Shown here: piece by piece, positions 41,042-50,581 of the stretch
Layout of the letters: the number at the start of each line of letters is the position of its first letter
Position numbering within the stretch: the first letter of the stretch is position 1
DNA from: a virus
Taxonomy: Duplodnaviria; Caudoviricetes
Strand: one strand, 5' to 3'
Virus record (IMG/VR): IMGVR_UViG_3300003086_000115
Length of the DNA stretch: 64,000 nucleotides
Program-made: the position numbers and the translations under genes
Notes under the pieces: generated by a model
Databases searched by the model: none
What the model was told of the DNA's origin: nothing
What the model saw: only the letters and a program-made list of their open reading frames with translations

Positions 41042-41935
41042 ATGCAGTATTGTATTGATTACAGGAACGGGGGTATGGGAAACACTGTGTTAGCTCATAT
41101 ACTTTATTCCTGTAACCAGGTAGATCTCGATCTAGATACCTTTTTTTCTGACGTTGCAGATGCACATCTAATCAACAAATACAACGACACTGCATTGACC
41201 TCAATGCACTTAGATGAAAGTAACGATAGTTACAAATGTCTAATTACGTTGTATGCTGATGATTTCTATGATCTGCTAGTGCTTAAACTGTCTTATAGTA
41301 AATGGCACAAGAGTTTTCCGATGCTTAGTAATTATAAGGCGTTTTTTTCTAGTAACTTTGAAGTTGCTGATACTACCTGGTTAGATTTCTACACGGCTGT
41401 TAAAGACCCTTCGTGGCCTATGTGTAATAGTTTAGCTGATGTAAAGTACCTGCCTTCTTATATACAGAAAGAAGTAGCACAGTATAAAGAACCCAATGAT
41501 ACAGTATCAACCGATGATATTCTTTTGCAGTTCTTAACACTGTCGTATTATGATATGTTTAGTTTTAGTCATATTGTTCCGGATCAATGTAAAGATGCAG
41601 TTAAGTATAAACTAAGCTCATATTTAACCGGTGACTTTGATGTACTTGCAACTACAGTACACAAGCAATTCGATTGGAACTTTAGCAAGAGTAGAAGTGA
41701 GCAATTCTACGGATATGTTAAAGAAAAGAATAGACTATACCTGCTATGGTTCGAAAAAGTTTTAAAGATTTATAATGGAATAACTAGCTTTAACTCAGTG
41801 GATGTTACGTTGTTAGATACATGGGAAAAAGCTAGTATTTTAGCAAAAGTATGTTACACCCGAGATTTACATCCTGCAAAGCTAAAGTGGGATACTATAA
41901 ACACAGGTATAATAAATTTAAAGGAGATAATATAA
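41042..41935 (+). CDS. Accessory enzyme, possibly sulfotransferase-like P-loop; paralogue of 50572
   Basis: IDYRNGGMGN N-terminus; YTAVKDPSWPMC...LPSYIQKE motif. Confidence 0.4.
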   Translation: MQYCIDYRNGGMGNTVLAHILYSCNQVDLDLDTFFSDVADAHLINKYNDTALTSMHLDESNDSYKCLITLYADDFYDLLVLKLSYSKWHKSFPMLSNYKAFFSSNFEVADTTWLDFYTAVKDPSWPMCNSLADVKYLPSYIQKEVAQYKEPNDTVSTDDILLQFLTLSYYDMFSFSHIVPDQCKDAVKYKLSSYLTGDFDVLATTVHKQFDWNFSKSRSEQFYGYVKEKNRLYLLWFEKVLKIYNGITSFNSVDVTLLDTWEKASILAKVCYTRDLHPAKLKWDTINTGIINLKEII

Positions 41936-42981
41936 TGGCAAAACCATTTGACGTATCGAAATTCAGAAAGAGTATAACAAAATCAATAGAAGGATTATCA
42001 GTAGGGTTTCATGATCCTACTGATTGGATTTCAACAGGTAACTACGCACTTAACTACCTAGTGTCGGGTGACTTCAACAAAGGAATACCGTTAGGTAAAG
42101 TAACAGTATTTGCAGGTGAGTCTGGTGCAGGTAAGAGTTATTTTGCGGCAGGTAACATTGTTAAGAACGCACAAGATCAAGGTATCTTTGTAGTGTTAAT
42201 TGACACTGAGAACGCACTAGACGAAAAGTGGCTAGAAGCATTAGATGTAGATACAGACCCTAGCAAGTTATTAAAGCTTAGTATGTGTATGATTGATGAT
42301 GTTGCTAAAACTATTAGTACGTTTATGCAAGACTACAAAGCAATGGAAGAAGAAGAACGTCCTAAAGTGGTATTTGTTATTGATTCATTAGGTATGTTAC
42401 TGACACCAACAGATGTTAAACAGTTTGAAGCAGGTGATATGAAAGGTGACTTAGGTCGTAAGCCTAAAGCATTAACATCATTGGTACGTAACACAGTGAA
42501 CATGATAGGTACTTACGATAAGATCTCCGGTGGACAAGGCTTTATTTACGCTAGTAGCATAGTAGTAGCAATGCGTAAACTCAAGTTAAAAGAAGATGCA
42601 GACGGCAATAAGGTAACAGATGTGCGTGGTATTAGAGCGGCATGTAAAGTAGTTAAGACACGTTACGCTAAGCCGTTTGAAGCTGTGCAAGTTAAGATAC
42701 CATATGATACAGGTATGAATCCATACAGTGGGCTAGTAGACTTATCAGAGAAGAAAGGATTGTTAACAAAGCAAGGCAACCGTTTAAAGTACACTACTAA
42801 AGCAGGCGAAGAGTTGATAATGTTCCGTAAGGCTTGGGAACGCAATGAAAGCGAAGCGTTAGACAAGTTAATGCTAGACATTAGCTCAGAGGACGAAACT
42901 GAAGAGTTAGTAGCGCAGTTAGACATCAGCGAGATAGAAGCTGAAGCAATTGCACAGTTAGATGCAGAGATGGGGGAATAA
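41935..42981 (+). CDS. uvsX: RecA/UvsX recombinase (start 41935) with apparent internal deletion
   Basis: GESGAGKS Walker A, IDTENALD, VIDSLG, SGG...YASS, KTRYAKPF. Confidence 0.9.
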   Translation: MAKPFDVSKFRKSITKSIEGLSVGFHDPTDWISTGNYALNYLVSGDFNKGIPLGKVTVFAGESGAGKSYFAAGNIVKNAQDQGIFVVLIDTENALDEKWLEALDVDTDPSKLLKLSMCMIDDVAKTISTFMQDYKAMEEEERPKVVFVIDSLGMLLTPTDVKQFEAGDMKGDLGRKPKALTSLVRNTVNMIGTYDKISGGQGFIYASSIVVAMRKLKLKEDADGNKVTDVRGIRAACKVVKTRYAKPFEAVQVKIPYDTGMNPYSGLVDLSEKKGLLTKQGNRLKYTTKAGEELIMFRKAWERNESEALDKLMLDISSEDETEELVAQLDISEIEAEAIAQLDAEMGE

Positions 42982-43214
42982 TGAGCTTAGAACTGAACTT
43001 AGATATATGGGAGGCATTACGAGAACATGTGTCTGATATAAAAGACGCGGCTGATGACTTTGTAGAAGTCCTAATAGAAAATGGTATCGATGCAGAAAAG
43101 ATAGCAACCGCTACAACAGATGAAGATGTTAGAAAAGCATTAATAGATTATGATGTTGAAGTAGAAGTCGATGAAGAAGAAGATGATTTTTCGTATTTTA
43201 ATGAAGATGACTAA
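42981..43214 (+). CDS. Small acidic protein
   Basis: 77 aa, coupled between uvsX and uvsY. Confidence 0.6.
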   Translation: MSLELNLDIWEALREHVSDIKDAADDFVEVLIENGIDAEKIATATTDEDVRKALIDYDVEVEVDEEEDDFSYFNEDD

Positions 43215-43666
43215 TGTGGTACACTAAAGTAACGCAAAATCTTTCCAACATACCTGGGTTTATTAGCCATTATGAGAAAGAGCTAGAAGAAGCAAAAAGA
43301 GAAATTGCTATACACGGTCATGTCGAAACTAACATTAAAGAACTGCCAGGTGTTACTGAACAACGTTTCTATCAATTACAAGAGATAGAAGCTGTTTTAG
43401 AGTTTCTCAATATAGAACTACGTAGAATTAGACGTAAACATTTTAAAAAATATTTAGAAGCATACGCTAAAGCATTGAGTAGCCGTGATGCAGAGAAGTA
43501 TGCAGATGGTGAAGATGAAGTAATAAATTTCGAAATACTAATTAATGAGGTTGCGTTGTTACGTAATAAATGGTTAGGTATTATGAAAGGGCTAGATTGT
43601 AAGCAGTGGCAGTTAGGACATATCGTTAAGCTTAGAACTGCAGGTATGGAAGATGTAGTAGTATAG
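43214..43666 (+). CDS. uvsY: UvsY-like recombination mediator
   Basis: Helical; Y...L...D.EKY.D.E...K.WQL..IVKL..AG; position after uvsX. Confidence 0.7.
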   Translation: MWYTKVTQNLSNIPGFISHYEKELEEAKREIAIHGHVETNIKELPGVTEQRFYQLQEIEAVLEFLNIELRRIRRKHFKKYLEAYAKALSSRDAEKYADGEDEVINFEILINEVALLRNKWLGIMKGLDCKQWQLGHIVKLRTAGMEDVVV

Positions 43667-43674
43667 TTCCGACA

Positions 43675-44697
43675 ATGAATAACATTATATGGTTTAAACA
43701 ATTTCAAACTTCAAATGTATATACAGCATGGGCTAATAGATGTTATTCTTTTACTACAAATACCTTTTATGATGCTTTTATTTCACAAGCGTATAAAGAA
43801 GATATACCAATAGTAAACAATGCAAAATTCATTTTTAACTGTCTTAATGAAGGTTTAGGCTCTAAAGAGATTAACTTCTCGATTCAAAGTTTGCGAGACA
43901 ACGGAATCGAACTTGATATTCGAGTATTGTTTAATAGTATAATTACCCAAGATTTACCATATCGATATAGGTGTTTACCTACTCATATGATAGCTCATTG
44001 CAGGTTCCTTCGGCATGTCAATAATCTAAACGTAAATTGGAAAAATATAGAAGTTAATCGATACTTTATTTGTTTAATGCGACGACCATCTGTTGGGAGA
44101 TCACAGTTCGCTAAACAGTTATTAGATAGGTTTAAACAAGAGGATTTTTTGCTTAGTTGCGGATGTAGTTCGAACTACAAAGCAATAGTGAAAGATGTAC
44201 AACAAGCAATACACCCTTATGAAATGCCAATTTTGATTGATGGGAAAATTGGCACGGATTTTTCACAGCACCATCATACAAATGAAGAATTTTTTAAATG
44301 TTTTATTAATATAATAGTTGAAACTAGTTCGCAAATAGACGAACAAAGTTGGAGTGAAATTTTCCTTACTGAGAAGACATTTAAAGCATTTGCGTATAGA
44401 CAATTGCCTATATGGTTTGCTGTTCCTGGAACAGTAAAAGAGGTGCGCAACTTAGGCTTTGATTTGTTTGAGGACATAATTGACCATGGATATGATAATA
44501 TACAAGATCATCACACACGAATAGAGGCTGTGGTAAAGACTTTACGAAATTTTGTTGATTCTTATAGCTACGCTGATTTACAAAAGTTACGGAATGACTT
44601 ATGGCCGAGAATAATGTTTAATGTATCAATGCTACAGAAACTAAATAATGAAAATGATAAGAAAAAACATCAACTTATGTTAGAGTTAGCAGAATGA
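43675..44697 (+). CDS. Putative GT-B glycosyltransferase-like protein (TEKT family, copy 1)
   Basis: INIIVET...FLTEKTFKAF...LGFDLF.DIIDH.YD. Confidence 0.55.
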   Translation: MNNIIWFKQFQTSNVYTAWANRCYSFTTNTFYDAFISQAYKEDIPIVNNAKFIFNCLNEGLGSKEINFSIQSLRDNGIELDIRVLFNSIITQDLPYRYRCLPTHMIAHCRFLRHVNNLNVNWKNIEVNRYFICLMRRPSVGRSQFAKQLLDRFKQEDFLLSCGCSSNYKAIVKDVQQAIHPYEMPILIDGKIGTDFSQHHHTNEEFFKCFINIIVETSSQIDEQSWSEIFLTEKTFKAFAYRQLPIWFAVPGTVKEVRNLGFDLFEDIIDHGYDNIQDHHTRIEAVVKTLRNFVDSYSYADLQKLRNDLWPRIMFNVSMLQKLNNENDKKKHQLMLELAE

Positions 44698-45443
44698 ATT
44701 TTAATTTTTCATCATCTGAGAATAGCCACGAACATAGCTTAGAAACCTTAAGTTTACTTTACAAGTACGATACGTTTATGGAAAGTATTGATACTGTATG
44801 TGACTTAGGTTGCGGCAGAGAAGCTCTCGATTTAGAATGGTGGGCGACATGCGAGGTAGACACTGATGAAGCACATATACCGTTAGACATTAAGTGTACA
44901 GGCATCGATTTATACGACGATATAGTTCTAGAGCATAAAAATGTTAATTATGTTAAGCAAAATTTAGAAGAACCTGTAGATCAAGTGTTTGATGTACTAT
45001 GGTGTCATGATACATTTCAATACATGATAAACCCTTTGCAAACATTAAAATATTGGAATAGTATGCTAGCTGAAAGTGGCATGCTTGTAATAATTTTACC
45101 ACAGACGACTAATATTAGTTATAGTAAACAAGACTTTACTCAACCTAATAATCATTATTTTAACTATACTATTTCTAACTTAATATATATGCTAAGTGTA
45201 AATGGGTTTGATTGTAGATCTGGGTTCTTTCAACAAGACCTTAATACCAACTGGATAAAAGCAGTTGTGTACAAGGGAGATATTGCACCGATGAATCCGA
45301 GAGAAACATCGTGGGTGGATTTAGTTGATACTGGGTTACTACCTAATTCTGTAGTTGATAGTATTAATCGCCGCGGATATGTTAACCAACAAGAGGTAAC
45401 GTTAACTTGGTTAGATAAAACCAACCAATGGTTCGGGAAATAA
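44694..45443 (+). CDS. Class I SAM-dependent methyltransferase
   Basis: VCDLGCG, GID, FDVLWCHD...NP..TL....L...G. Confidence 0.8.
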   Translation: MNFNFSSSENSHEHSLETLSLLYKYDTFMESIDTVCDLGCGREALDLEWWATCEVDTDEAHIPLDIKCTGIDLYDDIVLEHKNVNYVKQNLEEPVDQVFDVLWCHDTFQYMINPLQTLKYWNSMLAESGMLVIILPQTTNISYSKQDFTQPNNHYFNYTISNLIYMLSVNGFDCRSGFFQQDLNTNWIKAVVYKGDIAPMNPRETSWVDLVDTGLLPNSVVDSINRRGYVNQQEVTLTWLDKTNQWFGK

Positions 45444-45471
45444 ATATGCTATATAAACTAGAGGATTATAT

Positions 45472-46251
45472 ATGAATGTAGCACTAGTTACCGGAGGATT
45501 CGACCCGATACACAGCGGTCATCTTGCTTACTTTAAAGAAGCACACAAAATCGGCAGACTTGTAGTCGGTGTTAACAGCGATGAATGGTTAGCACGAAAG
45601 AAAGGCCGTGCGTTTATGCCGTTGACAGAACGTGTTGAAATATTACGTAATATCAGAGGTGTAAGTGATGTAATAGTATTCGACGATGCCGACGATACTG
45701 CTTGTGATGCTATTGCAATAACAGCACGTATGTACTATGATGCAACTATACATTTTATTAATGGCGGCGATAGAACAAAAGAAAATATTCCAGAAATGAG
45801 TTGTAACCATGTCCATAACTGGACAAATATTGAGTACCATTTTGGTGTTGGAGGAAACGATAAAAAGAATTCATCGTCATGGATACTAGAAGAATGGAAA
45901 TCACCTAAAACAGAACGTACTTGGGGTTATTATCGTGTAATACACGAAACAGATACACATAAAGTAAAAGAGCTAACAGTAGATCCCGGTAAAAGTCTAA
46001 GTTTACAAAGACATCAACATAGAAGTGAGTTTTGGTTTGTGTCAGAGGGAATAGCAACTGTTGAACAAAGTAGCCAGGATGGTCTCGACGACCTAATTAA
46101 GAAAGAATTAAATGTGTACGACTCAACTAGTATACTAATAGATGATTGGCATAGGCTTAGTAATAATACACTTCAGCCAGTTAAAATTATCGAAATACAG
46201 TACGGTGATCAATGTGTTGAGGAAGATATAGAACGAAAAGATTGCGACTAA
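45472..46251 (+). CDS. Cytidylyltransferase-family domain fused to cupin (type II mannose-6-P isomerase-like)
   Basis: GGFDPIHSGH, GVNSD, NGGDR, SSS; R.WGYY, LSLQRHQHRSEFW, EIQYG..C.E.DIER. Confidence 0.85.
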   Translation: MNVALVTGGFDPIHSGHLAYFKEAHKIGRLVVGVNSDEWLARKKGRAFMPLTERVEILRNIRGVSDVIVFDDADDTACDAIAITARMYYDATIHFINGGDRTKENIPEMSCNHVHNWTNIEYHFGVGGNDKKNSSSWILEEWKSPKTERTWGYYRVIHETDTHKVKELTVDPGKSLSLQRHQHRSEFWFVSEGIATVEQSSQDGLDDLIKKELNVYDSTSILIDDWHRLSNNTLQPVKIIEIQYGDQCVEEDIERKDCD

Positions 46252-46252
46252 A

Positions 46253-46936
46253 ATGATTAGAATGTTTATAGGGTATGACAGGGATATACCTGTTATATAC
46301 CATGCGCTATGTCACAGTGTAATACGACATAGTTCAGAACCAGTATCGTTTACTCCAATAGCAAGGCATCATGTTAGTGATGTGTACACAAAGCCGACAT
46401 CAGATATAGAAGCTACAGAGTTTAGTATGACCCGATTCCTTACCCCGTACCTATCTAATTATGAAGGGTGGTCTATTTTTACTGATAATGATATGATAGT
46501 TACAGCAGATATAGCTGAGCTATGGGCTCTCAGAGATGATAAGTACGCCGTAATGTGTACTAAGCATGACTACACAGTGTCAACAGCAACAAAGTTTCTA
46601 AATAGAAAACAAACAGCGTATCAGAAGAAGAATTGGTCTAGTGTTATGATGTTTAATAATGCTAGATGCAAAGCACTAACACCTGACGTAGTAAACACAG
46701 AGTCGGGGTTATTTTTGCACCAGTTTAAGTGGTTAGAAGATGATAGTTTAATAGGTGATATACCATTAGAATGGAACTTCTTAGTAGATGAGATAGCGAA
46801 GCCAGAAACCATACCTAAACTAATACATTACACATTGGGTGGTCCTTACTTTAACGACTATATGGATACCCAATACGCAAGCGAATGGCTTAAAGAATAT
46901 AAACTAATGAATAACGCCGCACAGGTAAAAAACTAG
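46253..46936 (+). CDS. GT-A (GT8-like) glycosyltransferase
   Basis: FIGYD, TEFSMTRFLTP, F.DND, KNWSSVMMFN, LHQFKW, IHYT.GGP. Confidence 0.8.
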   Translation: MIRMFIGYDRDIPVIYHALCHSVIRHSSEPVSFTPIARHHVSDVYTKPTSDIEATEFSMTRFLTPYLSNYEGWSIFTDNDMIVTADIAELWALRDDKYAVMCTKHDYTVSTATKFLNRKQTAYQKKNWSSVMMFNNARCKALTPDVVNTESGLFLHQFKWLEDDSLIGDIPLEWNFLVDEIAKPETIPKLIHYTLGGPYFNDYMDTQYASEWLKEYKLMNNAAQVKN

Positions 46937-46944
46937 ACGGTATT

Positions 46945-47934
46945 ATGATAGATTACAAGGAATACACGAATCGTCACGAAGAATGGAAGAACTTAGGACT
47001 AGATAAATTAAAGTGTGCTTTATGGTATATAGACTATGAGATCGAATCATTTAGCGGATCGAGAATTGCACCCCATAATACTAGTCTTCATTGTATATCA
47101 ATTGATTATTTAAAAACCAAACAATGTTGGAATATTAGTCCTTATATCTTTATAGTGGATGTAGAAGGGAATTCTTCGCATTGGGTAAATTATAAAGATA
47201 CTATATATGTATGGGATGCCTCTTTCTTAGATAGTAAACAGTTTACTCCTTATTTTTGGTGGATGAACGAAACTGCTAGAGTAGAGAAAAGTGTAAATTA
47301 CGCAAGCCGATTAATTCCGTGTAATAATAATTCAAAAACATTTGACTGTTTGTTAGGGAGCAAACACACCCATAGAGATTACATCTACAATGCGTTAAAG
47401 GATAATCCAGCTGTCTTGCTCACCTATTTCGGGGCTGATAATAAGTGGATTAAAGGTAACGAAAATGATAATTTTGTTGAGTGGGATTCATCTGAACAAA
47501 GAATCTACAAAGGTAAGAACGTTACAGTTAATATTAGTTGCTTTATTCCTTGGCAGATTTACAATAAGACTTGGTTTAGTATTATTGCTGAGACTGATCC
47601 TAATAGAACATTTCTTACAGAAAAGACAGCAAAGCCAATAATGGCTAGAAGGTTGTTTATTACAATTGGTGCTAAAGGAATGCTGAAAGGGTTAAGAGGT
47701 ATAGGATACAAAACGTTTGATACTGTAATAGATGAGAGTTATGATGAAGAAGACGATGACCAAAAAAGATGGGATATGGCTATTCAGCAAGTTAGGTACC
47801 TATGTACTAAAGATCTGTGTCTAATAACTAAGGAAATAGAAGATATTACATTGCATAATAAGAAATGTTTAATCGAGTATGCTGAAGATAACCATCTTTC
47901 GAATCAGATTAGGGAAATAGTAGGAACAAGTTGA
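46945..47934 (+). CDS. Putative glycosyltransferase-like protein (TEKT family, copy 2)
   Basis: SIIAET...FLTEKTAKP...GYKTF..VIDESYD. Confidence 0.55.
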   Translation: MIDYKEYTNRHEEWKNLGLDKLKCALWYIDYEIESFSGSRIAPHNTSLHCISIDYLKTKQCWNISPYIFIVDVEGNSSHWVNYKDTIYVWDASFLDSKQFTPYFWWMNETARVEKSVNYASRLIPCNNNSKTFDCLLGSKHTHRDYIYNALKDNPAVLLTYFGADNKWIKGNENDNFVEWDSSEQRIYKGKNVTVNISCFIPWQIYNKTWFSIIAETDPNRTFLTEKTAKPIMARRLFITIGAKGMLKGLRGIGYKTFDTVIDESYDEEDDDQKRWDMAIQQVRYLCTKDLCLITKEIEDITLHNKKCLIEYAEDNHLSNQIREIVGTS

Positions 47935-47959
47935 CACACTTCTTCACCGATGTTATAAT
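47931..47959 (+). promoter_or_regulatory. Consensus sigma70 early promoter with extended -10
   Basis: TTGACA-N17-TATAAT, with TG-N before the -10. Confidence 0.9.
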
Positions 47960-47990
47960 AGTGGTACTTTAACAATAAAGGGAGTTAGGG

Positions 47991-48992
47991 ATGAAGGTAA
48001 AGGTATTCAATGGCCATTACGGCAAAAAATCAGTAAACGGTGTTACATTCGAAGCACTAAGTGAACCAGCGCACGGTAAAGATGGATATTACATTAGTGT
48101 AAAGCCAAATAAAACAGTCGGCAATCTAGCATGTAAGAGAATTAGAATTAAACTTACTAGCATAGATGATGTTAAGCACTTAGGTAAAAAGCCTACAGTA
48201 AACGAATATAAAGAAACAGATTCTCAAGTTACTGAGCGCATCACAGAGCGGTTTGATATCTTAACAGAAATGACTAAGGCCGCTATTGCAACAGACGTTA
48301 AAGCAATGATTGTATCAGGTCCTCCGGGTATTGGTAAGTCGTACGGCGTAGAAAAAGAATTAGAAAAAGCGAGCATGTTTGATGTAATTGCAAATACTGC
48401 CCCAAAATACGAAGTAGTTAAAGGCGCAATGACTGCACTAGGTTTATACTCAAAACTATTTCAACATTCGGGAAACGGTAATGTAATTGTATTTGATGAC
48501 TGTGATGTTGTCCTACAAGACGATTTGAGTTTAAACTTACTTAAAGCGGCGCTAGACAGCGGTAGAAAACGTACTGTTTGTTGGAATGCAGATAGTAACT
48601 TACTGCGTAGAGAAGGAATTCCAAACAGTTTTGATTTTATGGGATCAGTGATCTTTATTACTAACCTGAAGTTTGAAAATGTTAAGAGTAAGAAATTACA
48701 AGATCATTTAGCGGCATTACAGAGTAGATGTCACTACTTAGATTTAACATTAGATACTATGCGTGATAAACACTTGCGCGTTAAACAGATTTATGCAACA
48801 GGTGAACTGTTTAGGAATTATAGATTTGGTGAAGAAATTGGAGATGAAATAATTAAGTTCATGGGAGATAATAAAGATGAACTACGTGAGATGAGTCTAA
48901 GGATGGCATTAAAGATTGCAGACTTAGTCTTAGTTAGTAAAGACAGATGGAAAGTACTTGCTAAGAACACGTGTATGAAAAATAGTTTTTAA
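47991..48992 (+). CDS. AAA+ ATPase of unknown function
   Basis: GPPGIGKS, VIVFDDCD, IFITN sensor 1, ALQSR arginine finger, SLR sensor 2. Confidence 0.85.
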   Translation: MKVKVFNGHYGKKSVNGVTFEALSEPAHGKDGYYISVKPNKTVGNLACKRIRIKLTSIDDVKHLGKKPTVNEYKETDSQVTERITERFDILTEMTKAAIATDVKAMIVSGPPGIGKSYGVEKELEKASMFDVIANTAPKYEVVKGAMTALGLYSKLFQHSGNGNVIVFDDCDVVLQDDLSLNLLKAALDSGRKRTVCWNADSNLLRREGIPNSFDFMGSVIFITNLKFENVKSKKLQDHLAALQSRCHYLDLTLDTMRDKHLRVKQIYATGELFRNYRFGEEIGDEIIKFMGDNKDELREMSLRMALKIADLVLVSKDRWKVLAKNTCMKNSF

Positions 48993-48999
48993 AGAGTTC

Positions 49000-49099
49000 G
49001 TTAGATGCTTGTGTTGCTCCCTTGAGACACTCCCTAAATAAGCATTTAACAACACCCGGGTTACAAGACATGTTTCCTTTATTGTTAGTCTTGTAACCC
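49000..49099 (+). ncRNA. Two-domain structured RNA with anti-Shine-Dalgarno loops
   Basis: Stems 49000-49010/49040-49050 and 49058-49069/49088-49099; G-U pairs favour the + strand. Confidence 0.65.
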
Positions 49100-49123
49100 A
49101 CCCTATTAAAGAGAAGAGGTAAT

Positions 49124-50581
49124 GTGAAAGCAATTATAATTATACAAGACGAAGTTAACTGTGCTGTAAAAGGCGTAGAGTTAGACGTTCGTAAGAAACT
49201 TGTAGGTATGTTTAAATATGACATCCCAGGAGCAAGATATATGCCTGCTTATCGTCTAGGACGTTGGGACGGGACTGTATCTTTTTTCAACTTAGGCGGC
49301 ACTACGTTTGTTAATTTACTGCCTAAAATTATTCCTGTTCTAATTGCTAATCATTATGAAATTGAATTAGATGATAAACGAACACAGACGACACCGATAG
49401 ATATAGCACCTATTGATGATAGTACATTTCGACATATTAAATGGCCCGAGAAGCATGTAGTTGCAGGCGAGCCAATTATTCTACGTGATTATCAAGTTGA
49501 GATTGTTAATAATTTCTTGGAAAATCCGCAATGCTTACAAGAAATAGCTACAGGTGCAGGTAAGACATTAGTTACAGCGGCACTAAGTGAACGTGCAGAA
49601 GCATACGGCAGAAGTATAGTAATTGTACCTAACAAGAGTTTAGTAGTACAAACAGAAGCAGACTATATTAACATGCAATTAGATGTAGGTGTGTATTTCG
49701 GCGATAGAAAAGACATAGGCAAAACACATACTATTTGTACATGGCAAAGTCTTAACATGTTAATGAAGAATACTAAGAAAGGTGTAGCAGAGATTACAAT
49801 ACACGACTTCTTAGAAGATGTCATATGTGTTATTGTTGATGAAGTGCATAGTGCTAAAGCAGATGCACTTAAAACATTACTAACAGGACCAATGCGTAAC
49901 ATTCCCTTACGTTGGGGACTAACAGGTACAGTACCTAAAGAAGAGTTTGAGTTTGCTTCATTAAGAGTAAGCCTAGGCGAAGTTATTAATAAGGTATCAG
50001 CAAGTGAATTGCAAGACAAAGGTGTGCTTGCTAATTGTCATGTGAATATTGTGCAGTTACTTGATCACGCTCAGCACAGTAACTATCAAAGTGAGTTGAA
50101 GTACTTATTAAGTGACCCTGATCGTTTGGATACGATGGCAAATCTTGTACGTAAGGCTAATGAAACTGGCAACACTCTTGTGCTTGTAGACCGTGTACAA
50201 GCAGGCAAAGATTTAGTAGAACGCTTAGGAGAAGATGCTGTGTTTGTTAGTGGTGCAACTAAAGGAAAAGACAGACAAGAGCAGTATGATGAAGTTGCAG
50301 ATTCAAGTAACAAGATTATTGTAGCAACGTACGGTGTTGCGGCAGTAGGTATTAATATCCCTAGGATATTTAACTTAATGCTTATTGAACCCGGTAAGTC
50401 TTTTGTGCGAGTAATACAGTCTATAGGACGAGGTATTCGTAAAGCACAAGATAAAGACGAAGTACAAATATGGGATATTACTAGTAGCTGTAAGTTTGCT
50501 AAACGGCATTTAACTAAACGTAAGAAATTCTATAAAGAAGCAGAGTACCCTTTCTCGTTAGAGAAATTAGAATGGAAGTAA
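49124..50581 (+). CDS. uvsW: SF2 DNA helicase UvsW
   Basis: G.WDG, LRDYQ, ATGAGKT, DEVH, GLTGT, GINIP, QSIGRG.R. Confidence 0.92.
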   Translation: MKAIIIIQDEVNCAVKGVELDVRKKLVGMFKYDIPGARYMPAYRLGRWDGTVSFFNLGGTTFVNLLPKIIPVLIANHYEIELDDKRTQTTPIDIAPIDDSTFRHIKWPEKHVVAGEPIILRDYQVEIVNNFLENPQCLQEIATGAGKTLVTAALSERAEAYGRSIVIVPNKSLVVQTEADYINMQLDVGVYFGDRKDIGKTHTICTWQSLNMLMKNTKKGVAEITIHDFLEDVICVIVDEVHSAKADALKTLLTGPMRNIPLRWGLTGTVPKEEFEFASLRVSLGEVINKVSASELQDKGVLANCHVNIVQLLDHAQHSNYQSELKYLLSDPDRLDTMANLVRKANETGNTLVLVDRVQAGKDLVERLGEDAVFVSGATKGKDRQEQYDEVADSSNKIIVATYGVAAVGINIPRIFNLMLIEPGKSFVRVIQSIGRGIRKAQDKDEVQIWDITSSCKFAKRHLTKRKKFYKEAEYPFSLEKLEWK

